Positions 39,226 through 49,389 are shown, counted from the first letter of the stretch. The stretch: DNA of 64,000 nucleotides from Candidatus Micrarchaeota archaeon (GCA_038046765.1 JBBSVN010000010.1:1-64000); one strand, 5' to 3'. The notes: a model not told the origin generated them from the sequence alone. A program made the numbers and translations.

Positions 39226-40296
39226 ATGCCAAATCCAATTTGTTCCGGTTTCATGTGCAATTTCGAACCTTCTATGCTTGGGGGTTTAGCTCCCGATATG
39301 CAATGGTTTGTAATTGCCTTAACTGCCTCAATATTAATTGTAATAATTCACGCAACAATACTCGCATTTTCACGTGCGCTTAATATGAATGAACTAGAAC
39401 GCTATGCAAAATCAGAAATTTTAAATGCGGTTGCCACTTCTTTAATGGTAATATTTTTAGTTTCAACACTTGGTGCTATGGAGAGTTTTGCACTAAACTC
39501 TTTTCTTGGGTGCGGTCCTGGTGGAACTAATTGCCCAACATTAACTTGCGGGGGATCACCAGTACAAATTAGTGACCTTAAATCATCAGTTGATTTACTT
39601 AAGTGCAGACTTAGTGATAAGGCCGCTGGTTTTGCGCAAGTTCAACAACAGATTATACAAACTTCGGTAAGTGGAAATCCATTTAGTGTTTTTAACAGAT
39701 TACAATTCTATCTGGGACTAATGGGTGTGCCAATATTTTCCGGACAATACGTTACTGCATGGTTTAAGGAAGCAGAAACATATCGTTTACTTAATAGTTT
39801 TATTACTACATTTTTAATTGGTTCAAATACTTTAATTGTAGCTGCTGAATACGTAAAAAATAACATGCTTTCATTCTATCTTCCAGTTGGACTGCTACTA
39901 AGGGCATTTCCTTATACAAGAGGCATAGGTGCATTCTTTATTGCACTAGCTTTAGGGATGTACTTTGTTTATCCTGTTTTATACATAATAACTGATCCTG
40001 GGTTTGTAAAACCCAGTTACACTCCTTCACAAGCTCCTCCAGCTAGTGGCCTTTGTTACCCAACATTTAGTTCAATTAGTTTTGCGGTTTCTTCACAAAA
40101 TACTCTTTCCCCATCAGGTGGCAGTACTGATTTATCTGCTAGTGCGCTTGCTAGTGATTTATCTCAGGTTTACACATCATTATTACTTCAGCCGTTTATT
40201 GTATTTGCCATGACAATGGTGTTTGTCAGATACGCAACATACATTTTTGGTGGCGAGCCAGCCGATATTTTAAGAGCAGTTGCAAAAGTGGTTTAA
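39226..40296 (+). CDS. Polytopic membrane protein, paralog 6 of 6
   Basis: ILAFSRALNMNELERYAKSEILNA; LRAFPYTRGIGAFFIALALGMYFVYP; YATYIFGGE. Confidence 0.8.
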   Translation: MPNPICSGFMCNFEPSMLGGLAPDMQWFVIALTASILIVIIHATILAFSRALNMNELERYAKSEILNAVATSLMVIFLVSTLGAMESFALNSFLGCGPGGTNCPTLTCGGSPVQISDLKSSVDLLKCRLSDKAAGFAQVQQQIIQTSVSGNPFSVFNRLQFYLGLMGVPIFSGQYVTAWFKEAETYRLLNSFITTFLIGSNTLIVAAEYVKNNMLSFYLPVGLLLRAFPYTRGIGAFFIALALGMYFVYPVLYIITDPGFVKPSYTPSQAPPASGLCYPTFSSISFAVSSQNTLSPSGGSTDLSASALASDLSQVYTSLLLQPFIVFAMTMVFVRYATYIFGGEPADILRAVAKVV

Positions 40297-40349
40297 TATG
40301 AAAAAATCAAATAAAAATAATTTGAAGGAAATCAGTTTAAGGTGTTAAA

Positions 40350-41228
40350 ATGCAGAACAATCCTTCACTATTAAGTACAGGTAAAATAAAAAACAAAATC
40401 TATATGGTAAGAGATAAACAAGTAATGCTTGATTCTGACCTTGCAGAACTTTATAATGTCCCGACTAAAGTATTAAATCAAGCGGTTAAGAGAAGCATCC
40501 AAAGATTTCCTATAGATTTTATGTTCCAAATATCAAAAAATGAATTTGAAGGTTTGAAGTCACAATTTGTGACCTCAAGTTGGGGTGGTAGAAGAAATTT
40601 ACCATACGCTTTTACAGAACAAGGGGTAGCTATGCTATCTGGAGTTTTGAAAAGTGATACTGCAATAAGGATAAGTATTGAAATAATAAACGCATTTATT
40701 CGAATGAGAAAATTTATGTTCTCAAATGCCAACATATTTTATAGATTGGACATTGTGGAAAAAAAGCAAATAGAACATGATCAAAAATTTGATCAGGTAT
40801 TTGACGCAATACAAAGTAAAGATATCAAACCTGAAAAAGGAATATTTTTCGATGGACAGATATTTGACGCATACAAATTTCTTTCAGATTTAATTAGAAC
40901 TGCTCAAACATCTTTGGTTCTAGTTGACAATTATATCGATGATTCAGTTTTGACGCTTTTTAGCAAGAGAAATAAAAATGTACAAGTTACAATATTTACT
41001 AAAGAGATTTCTAAACAATTACATCTTGACTTAACTAAATACAATTCACAGTATCCAATTATTAAAGTAGTAGAGTTTAATCAGTCTCATGATCGGTTCC
41101 TTATAATTGATAATAAAGAAGTTTACCATATCGGTGCTTCACTAAAAGATTTGGGTAAAAAATGGTTTGCATTTTCAAAGTTTGACAAAGACGTACTTAA
41201 TATACTTGATAAGCTGGCGATAAAATGA
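40350..41228 (+). CDS. ORF6N-domain DNA-binding protein with C-terminal PLD-like domain
   Basis: 'RDKQVMLDSDLAELYNV.TK.LNQAVKR...RFP.DFMFQ', 'PYAFTEQGVAMLS', C-terminal 'HDRFLIID...YHIGASLKDLG'. Confidence 0.88.
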   Translation: MQNNPSLLSTGKIKNKIYMVRDKQVMLDSDLAELYNVPTKVLNQAVKRSIQRFPIDFMFQISKNEFEGLKSQFVTSSWGGRRNLPYAFTEQGVAMLSGVLKSDTAIRISIEIINAFIRMRKFMFSNANIFYRLDIVEKKQIEHDQKFDQVFDAIQSKDIKPEKGIFFDGQIFDAYKFLSDLIRTAQTSLVLVDNYIDDSVLTLFSKRNKNVQVTIFTKEISKQLHLDLTKYNSQYPIIKVVEFNQSHDRFLIIDNKEVYHIGASLKDLGKKWFAFSKFDKDVLNILDKLAIK

Positions 41229-44200
41229 AAAACATAAATTTTGGTTTATTTACGATACTCGGAATTCTTCTTTTCGTATTCATTAGCGGTTGCACTGTAA
41301 AACAAAATGCAACAATTGGCTGTTGTGTAATTGATACAACTAACCCAAACAGTCCAACTTGTAAAAGCTTAAAAGGAACTACATCTGCAGGAATTGCTTT
41401 AGTTAATACTAATTCATGCAATACAAATCTTGGAACTTGTAACATTACTATTGGTATTACGCCTCAAACAGGATCGCAATCCGGAGTTAATACTCAGGAT
41501 AATAATTATCAAACCACAACAGTAAATGCGCCAATATGTTCTAATCGTGCATTTACCTGTATTTCCGATAGTTGTTTTGCACAAGTCTGCGGTCCATTTA
41601 AGTATCAGCCACAACCCGTTCCAAGTTTAAGCGATACAGTTACATTTAGTAAATCGGGCAGTTCAAGTTATTCATTTAATTCAAATCGTGCGCCACTTTC
41701 AATAAATCTTTACGGGACAACGTGTTTAGTAGTTCCTGCAAATGAAACTTTAAAAAACGTTCTTGAAAACTCTAAAGGAAGCGCAGTAAACATTTTTAGG
41801 TTTGGAATTGGTAACACTTTTGAAGAATTTGAAACCTACAGATACTTGTTCCCATTTACTGATACTGCATGCAATATTAATACATTTTCAACAAATGTAA
41901 AAGACCGTTACTTAAATTACATGCTTAGTCCAACTGAATTCCAGAACATGAAAAGTGATTCTGGACGGCTAAGCGGATCTGGGTGGCGTAATACTGGAAC
42001 TGGCGGTGCTCCGGTGCAAGTAACATATCCATGGCAAAGAGTTGCAACAGATAATTTCTGCCCCCAGACAACTGTTTCTCCATTTTTAGGTTCAATAAAT
42101 AACTTCAAAGGAAGCGATGGAATAAATTATAAATTCAATTCATCAGTCTGGAGTTCTGTTTACCAGCCAAGTATAAGAAACCCCCCTACACAATCTCCCC
42201 CATCTACATTTTCGCGAGCACTTGATAAAACATTTTACCGGAATTTCCTTCCATTAATTTACGAAGATGATATGGCTCAAGGAATAACCAGCGCGTCTGG
42301 CCCAGTCCCAGCTCCATTTGAATGCTCAAGTCCAATTGAATGCAGTTCTGGATATTGTAATTTCGTTGATTATAGCCGGAATCTATGCAAGAAAACTTCG
42401 GGTAGTTCTACTACCTGGGTTGAATGCGGATGCAATTCTTTAGGTCTATCCTGCTTTGGAGGAACAACAACATTTAGTTACCTTCCTGGTGTTGGAAAAC
42501 CAAATTCTGCAGCTGATTTGAATGCTTATATTAATGCATATACGAGTGCGAACTTAAACGATCCTAATTCGCAGCCACAAGATTTCTATTCTAAAAATAA
42601 TCCTATTCTTACACTTAACTATGCTGGTGTTCAGCCTAGTTGCAGTGGTTTTCTTACTAGTTTAGTAGCTGGTGTACAAATAGTTGAAGATCAAGGAACA
42701 TGTGTTATTGCAGATGATGGGATTGCAACTTGTACGCTTAGCGCTGGTTATAATGGAAATGATGAACAAACAGAAAGTCTCACTTCAAGAGGCCCGGCAA
42801 CAGTCCGTGTAAAAAATCTCAATTCGTTTTCTTTCCCAAAAGGAATCCAATTATTTGGTGAAATTAAAACGGGCGGTTATGTTGGTTATACTCTTTTATC
42901 TGAGCAACAATTGCAAGCTAGCGATTTTGGACGAAGATGCGGACCACTAACTAACGGAGTAGATTATGTGATTAAGCAACCAAACAAGATACAGTACGGT
43001 AGGAATACTGGTCAACCATCAGATTACGAAGAACCTGATAGCAATGGCCCAGTTAGTAATGCATATGCTGTTGGGACAATAATTCGGCCGCCACCAGCAC
43101 AAGAAACATCGCCTCCTGCATGGCTTAATAGTGATGATAGTACTTTTGCGGATGTTATTCTATTTACAGGAGCGCAAAGCCTAAAAACTTCACCAAGTAG
43201 TTGCGATGATGAAGGGGGATGGGATCATTATATTTATGCTCAACAATATATTTTCTTAAAAGCAAATAATGGTAAAATCGGGACATGTGATTTAGACTCT
43301 AATTCTCCAGGTTTGCCTGTTACAAAATCATTTGGCTGGTGCGAAGCATGCAGTTATGCGACGCTTTCTAAACAAATTGTGACTTCATCTGCTGCAGCTT
43401 ATAATCCCTCTGCAATTACCTACAGCAGGAATTTTGAAAATCCCCAAACGCAGACAAAAGTTACTCCTCTTCTTTCGAATGGAAATCCAACCAAGTATCG
43501 GTCAGCAGTAAGTAATCCTGTTGAACCATATCTGGAGCAAAAGCAGGATAAATATTTGCAAGAAGGAGTTCTTCCTGTTTTTGATTTGTCTGATCAAGGC
43601 AATTGGGTTTCTAAAACCGCAATGTTAAATCCGCAAGATCCTTCGCAGTCAGCTTCTGACGGTGCTTTGATATCTGCGAATTTATTTAGTAATTATATGG
43701 ATGCATACCCCTACATAAAAAATAATGTCGGACCTTCCATGGTTATTGTTGGGAATATAAGTCTTAGTCAACTTTCCGGTTCAAGTTTACCCTCTTCAAT
43801 CGTTTTTAGACAAGTAAGAAGACCAAGCGCTCAAACTATTTATGATTTACAAGTTGAGGGTGTTGGGCCAAATTTCATCTTTGATGAAACCCGCAATACT
43901 GTATCTAATCCCAACCCACCCGTAGATACCAGGTCATCAACCCAAATAGAAAACATTCCTGTAGGAAATTATATTTATAAAATACAGGTTGATAAATCAG
44001 TTACAGTTGTTCCATGTCTATCTGGCCCTCCAAAACCGTATACTGAATCTTTTAATGTCCAAATAAACATTTTAGATCTTAATAATAACCAAGTTTCACC
44101 TACAATAAATCGTCCAATTCCAGTTAGTATACCTAACAATTGCCCAATTGTTGCCCTAACTGGTCCATCAACTACTGTGCAAATCCCAGTTGTTCCGTTC

Positions 44201-45559
44201 TTAACTATATTTAAAGAAAGAATTGATTCAGCAAAGTTAGCCTGCTCAAAATGCTTACTTGGTTTTAGAATTTTAAATAATAATTTGCAAGGGTCGACTA
44301 GAAGAGTTGCTGATATTGCAACTTTAAACGCAGTCGATGCATACGATCTTAGTCAAAAATCAGATACAACTAAAACAATCCTGGACAAAATTGATTTTGT
44401 CGCATACAGTTTCTATCCGGATGAATACACGCAGGAAGATAATAGTTTATGTGGAAGTACTGCAAACAATCAAAATATAATTTCACAGTTAGAAAATCTT
44501 TCAAGGACTACGCTTTACGATTCTGGCAAGCTTTCACTTATAAGCGACTTTTCAATAAACTCTGCTGATTCGCTTTGCTGGAGCGATGCACAAAAACAAA
44601 ACTTTATTTCTTATATGCTAACAAAACAAAGAACGCTTTCAAGTGCGGGATTAATGGGTGTAATATATTCTGATGTTTCCGGATTAAAATCAGGCGGGAC
44701 ACCTTATACAAACACAAATGCATTTTGTGATCTTAATTCGGGTAGTAAATCATTTGTTGCTGACCCTCCTGTTACTGTTTATACTAAAATTTATACTAGT
44801 CCATCTGTTACTTGTGAAGAATGCAATGAATTAGATTACACACTTGGAAAATGCAATTCTGCTGATACTAGTCCTGTTCCAAGAAGCGAATTATGCGATA
44901 ACAATGTTGCCTGTACTTTGCCAAATAGTGCTACACGAAGTCCTACAACACAATTTAAATGTCCTGAAAAAACAATTCCAGACCCATGCGTTCCATGTTC
45001 GAGTGTTCAAAATAGTTTAGATTGTAAAATCTATAGAAGCGATGGAACTGTTAATCAGGTACCTTATGACATTAATACACTTAATGATTTATCCGCAGAT
45101 GTTATCGCAAGTATTCCTCGTCAAACAAACAGTGTTTGCTGTCTTTTAGAAACTAATTCGCAAGCTAGCTCGGGTGCAGCTGGGGGAGTTCAACAACCAG
45201 CTACCCGAAGCTATACTTATGTAAAACAAACTGCTGCTGGAAGAAACGTTGCGCCAATTGTTTTTTCAGTTTCTGGAGACCCGGCTGATGATTGCGGTAT
45301 TCCGGATTCAAGTAGTATCGGTTCTAATATCTGCGGTTCTGCAACTCCAATTAAAAATTATCAGATAAGTTGTACTCTTGTTGATAATAGTGCAGTTGTA
45401 AATCCATTAGCTGGCGGGAGTGGAACGGGTGTTATTAATCCGGCTGGGGGCGGAAGCCCACCTACTCCTGGCCCAGGCGGTGGAGGGGGAATAATTTCTC
45501 CGGGTGCTGGCGGAAGCGGAGGTAGCAGTGGAAATGCTGGTGGAAGTGGAGGGAACTAA
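41225..45559 (+). CDS. Giant Cys-rich secreted lipoprotein (1444 aa), putative surface/adhesion component
   Basis: Lipobox 'FVFISGC'; many Cys pairs; Ser/Thr/Asn/Pro-rich; Gly-rich C-terminal tail; no C-terminal TM. Confidence 0.78.
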   Translation: MKNINFGLFTILGILLFVFISGCTVKQNATIGCCVIDTTNPNSPTCKSLKGTTSAGIALVNTNSCNTNLGTCNITIGITPQTGSQSGVNTQDNNYQTTTVNAPICSNRAFTCISDSCFAQVCGPFKYQPQPVPSLSDTVTFSKSGSSSYSFNSNRAPLSINLYGTTCLVVPANETLKNVLENSKGSAVNIFRFGIGNTFEEFETYRYLFPFTDTACNINTFSTNVKDRYLNYMLSPTEFQNMKSDSGRLSGSGWRNTGTGGAPVQVTYPWQRVATDNFCPQTTVSPFLGSINNFKGSDGINYKFNSSVWSSVYQPSIRNPPTQSPPSTFSRALDKTFYRNFLPLIYEDDMAQGITSASGPVPAPFECSSPIECSSGYCNFVDYSRNLCKKTSGSSTTWVECGCNSLGLSCFGGTTTFSYLPGVGKPNSAADLNAYINAYTSANLNDPNSQPQDFYSKNNPILTLNYAGVQPSCSGFLTSLVAGVQIVEDQGTCVIADDGIATCTLSAGYNGNDEQTESLTSRGPATVRVKNLNSFSFPKGIQLFGEIKTGGYVGYTLLSEQQLQASDFGRRCGPLTNGVDYVIKQPNKIQYGRNTGQPSDYEEPDSNGPVSNAYAVGTIIRPPPAQETSPPAWLNSDDSTFADVILFTGAQSLKTSPSSCDDEGGWDHYIYAQQYIFLKANNGKIGTCDLDSNSPGLPVTKSFGWCEACSYATLSKQIVTSSAAAYNPSAITYSRNFENPQTQTKVTPLLSNGNPTKYRSAVSNPVEPYLEQKQDKYLQEGVLPVFDLSDQGNWVSKTAMLNPQDPSQSASDGALISANLFSNYMDAYPYIKNNVGPSMVIVGNISLSQLSGSSLPSSIVFRQVRRPSAQTIYDLQVEGVGPNFIFDETRNTVSNPNPPVDTRSSTQIENIPVGNYIYKIQVDKSVTVVPCLSGPPKPYTESFNVQINILDLNNNQVSPTINRPIPVSIPNNCPIVALTGPSTTVQIPVVPFLTIFKERIDSAKLACSKCLLGFRILNNNLQGSTRRVADIATLNAVDAYDLSQKSDTTKTILDKIDFVAYSFYPDEYTQEDNSLCGSTANNQNIISQLENLSRTTLYDSGKLSLISDFSINSADSLCWSDAQKQNFISYMLTKQRTLSSAGLMGVIYSDVSGLKSGGTPYTNTNAFCDLNSGSKSFVADPPVTVYTKIYTSPSVTCEECNELDYTLGKCNSADTSPVPRSELCDNNVACTLPNSATRSPTTQFKCPEKTIPDPCVPCSSVQNSLDCKIYRSDGTVNQVPYDINTLNDLSADVIASIPRQTNSVCCLLETNSQASSGAAGGVQQPATRSYTYVKQTAAGRNVAPIVFSVSGDPADDCGIPDSSSIGSNICGSATPIKNYQISCTLVDNSAVVNPLAGGSGTGVINPAGGGSPPTPGPGGGGGIISPGAGGSGGSSGNAGGSGGN

Positions 45560-45635
45560 ATTTATATTCTTTTAGTTTGATAACTTTACAATCTTATAAT
45601 CTTATCTTAGGAATTACTTAAGAGGTGCGTTGATA

Positions 45636-46940
45636 ATGACTAGAAACTTAGTTCATTTTGGTATAAATAATACTAAGAGAGCAGAAATAGTGAGTCGTTC
45701 AGAATCAAATTCGCCTAATTTTAGAATTAAATCCGTTTTAAGAAAACTTGCTCTTGCGTCAAAATTAGCCGTAGCAACTATTTTTGGTATTTCTGCAATA
45801 TCCGCATGTAGTGAAACTCCTGCCAATTCTTCAATGAACGATCCTAAAGATGGTTCACAACAAAACATAGATGCCGCAATAAATGATGGGTCACAAAGCA
45901 AGGATGCAATCTCAATTGACAGATATTTAGATGGCCAGCAAGCAATCGATAGTAATCCGAACGATAGACAAATTTCTATTGATGGCAGTCAATCTAATGA
46001 TCTCAATAATTCTTGGCCGCTTTCTTTTAATTTTTGCCATAATGTAACTGTTACTAACCCATCTAATAATCCAACCCTCGAGATCTTAGCCATGGATATT
46101 CTCGCAGCGAATTTCACACAGACAAAAGCAGATATGGCTGATATGCAAATGCATCCTGGAACGTGCGCAAACCCCGATACATCTAGACAAATGCCCATAT
46201 CACCCGAACTTTTTGCGCCAAATCAGTTAAGAGATGACAATGGTAATTATAAAATATGGTTCAGATTTAATTTACTTTCTTTCGATTTTCCAGTATCTCT
46301 AGCCATATACCATGGTGACCCCTTAGTAAACAATAATGTACGTCCTAGCTCTGTTTTCGTAAATTTATATGCAGCAGCTAATGGTATAAACTGGACTTCC
46401 ATTCTAGGAACATCTATATTACCCTGTGCTAATGATAATACTGCTCGTACCTGCTTTTCTGGGCGCATAAGTGTGCTTTCCACCCCTATTAATCCTAACT
46501 TAAATGGTAGAATTCTTGAAGCAAGAACTTTTGGCATGAATGGAAGTTCGATGATCTTTGGCATAAGTGATTTTGGGGGTGGATATACTTATGACGCAGG
46601 ATACGCATCCAGTATTTTTGTAATAGGTAATTCTCTACAGGCAAGCGATGGCACTGGAATTTCAATGCAAAGCGGGTTACAAAGACCTCAAAATGCATGG
46701 ACTCTAACAAGTATTGCGTTTCCCAATAATGCTATGGTTCAGGCAACTGACGAAAATAGTAATCTAGTTAGTATATCCTCAAATCTGCCTCGCCCCTCAA
46801 ATGGAATAACGCGTCCTAATCAAATGATTTTTATTGCTGAACCTCAAAGCTCTGGTGGGCAGCAAGGATCCTTTCTTTACGTAAGGAGTAGGTTCATATC
46901 CTCTGCCTCAGTAAGCGTGGGTCCAGAACTAACAAAATAG
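45636..46940 (+). CDS. Surface lipoprotein-like protein with DUF2341-like/beta-sandwich domain
   Basis: GAGGTG RBS; 'AISAC' lipobox after a basic N-terminus; DG-rich linker; 'W....FCHNVTVTNP...F...K.D..D...IWF...IYHGDP' pattern. Confidence 0.6.
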   Translation: MTRNLVHFGINNTKRAEIVSRSESNSPNFRIKSVLRKLALASKLAVATIFGISAISACSETPANSSMNDPKDGSQQNIDAAINDGSQSKDAISIDRYLDGQQAIDSNPNDRQISIDGSQSNDLNNSWPLSFNFCHNVTVTNPSNNPTLEILAMDILAANFTQTKADMADMQMHPGTCANPDTSRQMPISPELFAPNQLRDDNGNYKIWFRFNLLSFDFPVSLAIYHGDPLVNNNVRPSSVFVNLYAAANGINWTSILGTSILPCANDNTARTCFSGRISVLSTPINPNLNGRILEARTFGMNGSSMIFGISDFGGGYTYDAGYASSIFVIGNSLQASDGTGISMQSGLQRPQNAWTLTSIAFPNNAMVQATDENSNLVSISSNLPRPSNGITRPNQMIFIAEPQSSGGQQGSFLYVRSRFISSASVSVGPELTK

Positions 46941-46971
46941 TAACTGTATTCCAGTAACTGGAATGTTTATT

Positions 46972-47775
46972 TTATTTAACTTTCAAAGAATTATTTATTT
47001 CCTTTAATTTGTCTATATAATATTGTTCTGATTCGTATGAAAATCTAAACTTTCCCTCGCTTTCTAAAAATCTGCTTGCTTCAATTACCCACTGCCGTAA
47101 TTTAATAAAATAAGTTGTATCTTGGATTGTCTCGCCATCTTTTAGATAAGGTTTAGTATTATTGATAAAAACAATTCCTATCGATCTTAACTCTAATTCG
47201 CTTAATCTTTTATTTGTTCCATCACGTACTATTTCTAAAGGACAAGAATAAATTCCATACATTAAATCTGGTATAGCTGGTTTTACTAATTGTGTTCCAT
47301 CTGCCAGTAACATCTCATCATAAGTCCAAGCTCCAACTCCCCATTTTAATTTTGGATTTCCTCCCCATATTACGTGCGCATTGTTTGCCATGTTTCCGTT
47401 ACCATCTGTGTTTAATCTTCTGATAAATTCAGAGTCATTAATACTCATCGGTGCAGAAAGTGCCTTAGGCGTTCCAGATTCAAATGGGTGCACATGACCA
47501 CTATTAACATTGTCGCAATCTCTATATCCAATTCGTGTTTCACCACCTTTTCCAAGTCTTACTTCTAAGATTTTTGGATAAATAATACTTCCTGTTTTTG
47601 GATCATATTTCTTTTCAAAAATAAAGCCAGTTTCGTTTGGAATATTTTTTGTAGCTTCCCGGATTACTGATTCAGCAAGCGTCTGGCAAATAATCACTCT
47701 TCTGATTGCTCGTACTGAGTATGCTGCTCTTCTAGCTATCGGAATTAATGTTCTTAGATATAAGTTGTCTGACAT
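46972..47775 (-). CDS. JAB/MPN-like metalloprotein
   Basis: N-terminal 'NETGFIF' Glu followed by 'GHVHP...MSINDS' (HxH...SxxD). Confidence 0.55.
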   Translation of the reverse strand: MSDNLYLRTLIPIARRAAYSVRAIRRVIICQTLAESVIREATKNIPNETGFIFEKKYDPKTGSIIYPKILEVRLGKGGETRIGYRDCDNVNSGHVHPFESGTPKALSAPMSINDSEFIRRLNTDGNGNMANNAHVIWGGNPKLKWGVGAWTYDEMLLADGTQLVKPAIPDLMYGIYSCPLEIVRDGTNKRLSELELRSIGIVFINNTKPYLKDGETIQDTTYFIKLRQWVIEASRFLESEGKFRFSYESEQYYIDKLKEINNSLKVK

Positions 47776-47787
47776 AATAAATCAGCA

Positions 47788-49389
47788 TTACGCCACAGCA
47801 AATAATGGCGGTATTCGCATTTCAATAATAATTGCTTGTGCTTTTTTCTTCCCTTCTTCTCCTTTTTCGCTTAGTCTTTGCAGAATTCTATGTGTGAGTT
47901 CTCCTCTTTTATTTATTATGCTTAAAGTCCAGCCTGCTACTTCAAGATCCTCTTCTGTGCCTTTTTGGAGAATTAATTCTGCTGTTCTTTTTACTGCTTC
48001 TTTATCATCAAACTCTTTGTAAACATACATGCTTAATGCCGGATAATTATCTTCTAATTCTGCAGCTTTCTTTAATAATTTTTGAGCAGTCAACATGTCC
48101 TTATTTTCTTTGTATTTTTTACCTAGGTATATTGCTAAATTTGCATAAATTATTTTAGCTTCTTCTACGCATCCTCTTTCTAAAAGGATTTCTGCACAAG
48201 AAAATGCTTTTTCGAAATCTACATTTTCATAAATCTTTGCTGCAAATATAATTGCTTCATCTGTACCTAATTCAAATGCCACATCCGCGCATTTTTGTTT
48301 GTAATTCCAGTAACTAGATTTAAGATATGAAAAATTTACGTTTCCTAAAAATTCGGCAGCTTCTTTTATCTTTTCTAAATCTTTTCCTGCTTCGTTTAAA
48401 CGTACAGCAAACTCAACTAATTTTTCTTCCTCTACTTTTGTCAGTGCCTGTTTTTTTGTTTTCATGTATTCTAATAATTTTAATATTCCAGAGTTATCAA
48501 TTATCTGGGGTAAAAATTTGTCCAAATCCCAGATTAAATCCAGCGTTGCTTTGTATTTATCATCTTCTGTTCTTCCATATTTTTCAATAACATGTATTAC
48601 TCCTTCGATTGTACCAGTAGAAATTGCGTAAAAAAATCGTAAATTATTTGTTAATTTAATTGTGGAATCATCTTGCTCATACTTTCCAGTTGTGTCAAAT
48701 CTTGCATAAAATTTAATTCTGTCTGATGCATCAACAAGTAGACCTCTGCATCTAACAACTTCTTCGTGCATTCCAAGTTTCTCATAAATTCTCATGCCAA
48801 AATATTCTTTTTCTCCTTTCTCTTCCATTTGTAAAAGTGACATCATTCCTCTTCCAATTCCTTCTGTGCCAACTTCTGCTGCTGACAAAAACATTCTGTG
48901 TTGTTGATGCGCTTCTGTCCATTCTGTTTCAGGTTTTGGACTTACTTTTATGCTTTGTTTCCCGCTTAAATGATCTGCAACAAGTTTTGCTGTGTTTGGA
49001 CTTTCTTTAATAAGTGCCATTGCTGCCAAATATTTTCCATATGAACCAAATGATTCTAATCTATCACAAGGAGTGCGCATTTCTTGGCTCATACCGTCTA
49101 TTGCGAGAACTCGGAGTTTGGCATAACTTGATTCGTTAGTGTCTCTTTGTTCTACATCTTTAACAAATGCCCTAGCTTCTTTTACAAGCCCGTTTTCTAT
49201 AAGAACATCAACTGCTCGAATATGGCTAATTTCTCTTAGTTTTGTTGATAACTCAATTACTTCAAGTATCCTATGAACTCGAGCTGCAGCATCTACTTTA
49301 CCTTCTGAATGATACGTTTCAAACGCTCTTCTGTAATCTCCTTTATCTTCAAAAGCTTTTCCAAAGTTGCGAGTAATAGTTCTTGTCAT
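47788..49389 (-). CDS. Alpha-helical repeat (TPR-like) orphan protein
   Basis: Repeated 'A..YE..G...A' helical-hairpin pattern. Confidence 0.65.
   Translation of the reverse strand: MTRTITRNFGKAFEDKGDYRRAFETYHSEGKVDAAARVHRILEVIELSTKLREISHIRAVDVLIENGLVKEARAFVKDVEQRDTNESSYAKLRVLAIDGMSQEMRTPCDRLESFGSYGKYLAAMALIKESPNTAKLVADHLSGKQSIKVSPKPETEWTEAHQQHRMFLSAAEVGTEGIGRGMMSLLQMEEKGEKEYFGMRIYEKLGMHEEVVRCRGLLVDASDRIKFYARFDTTGKYEQDDSTIKLTNNLRFFYAISTGTIEGVIHVIEKYGRTEDDKYKATLDLIWDLDKFLPQIIDNSGILKLLEYMKTKKQALTKVEEEKLVEFAVRLNEAGKDLEKIKEAAEFLGNVNFSYLKSSYWNYKQKCADVAFELGTDEAIIFAAKIYENVDFEKAFSCAEILLERGCVEEAKIIYANLAIYLGKKYKENKDMLTAQKLLKKAAELEDNYPALSMYVYKEFDDKEAVKRTAELILQKGTEEDLEVAGWTLSIINKRGELTHRILQRLSEKGEEGKKKAQAIIIEMRIPPLFAVA

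Noticed and set aside
45410..45556. High-GC patch as foreign DNA or RNA gene
   Set aside because: Explained by Gly/Pro codons of the lipoprotein's C-terminal tail.
32283..45559. Archaellum/type IV pilus or ABC transporter operon
   Set aside because: No class III signal peptides, FlaI/PilB ATPase, FlaJ/TadC pattern or ABC ATPase recognised.
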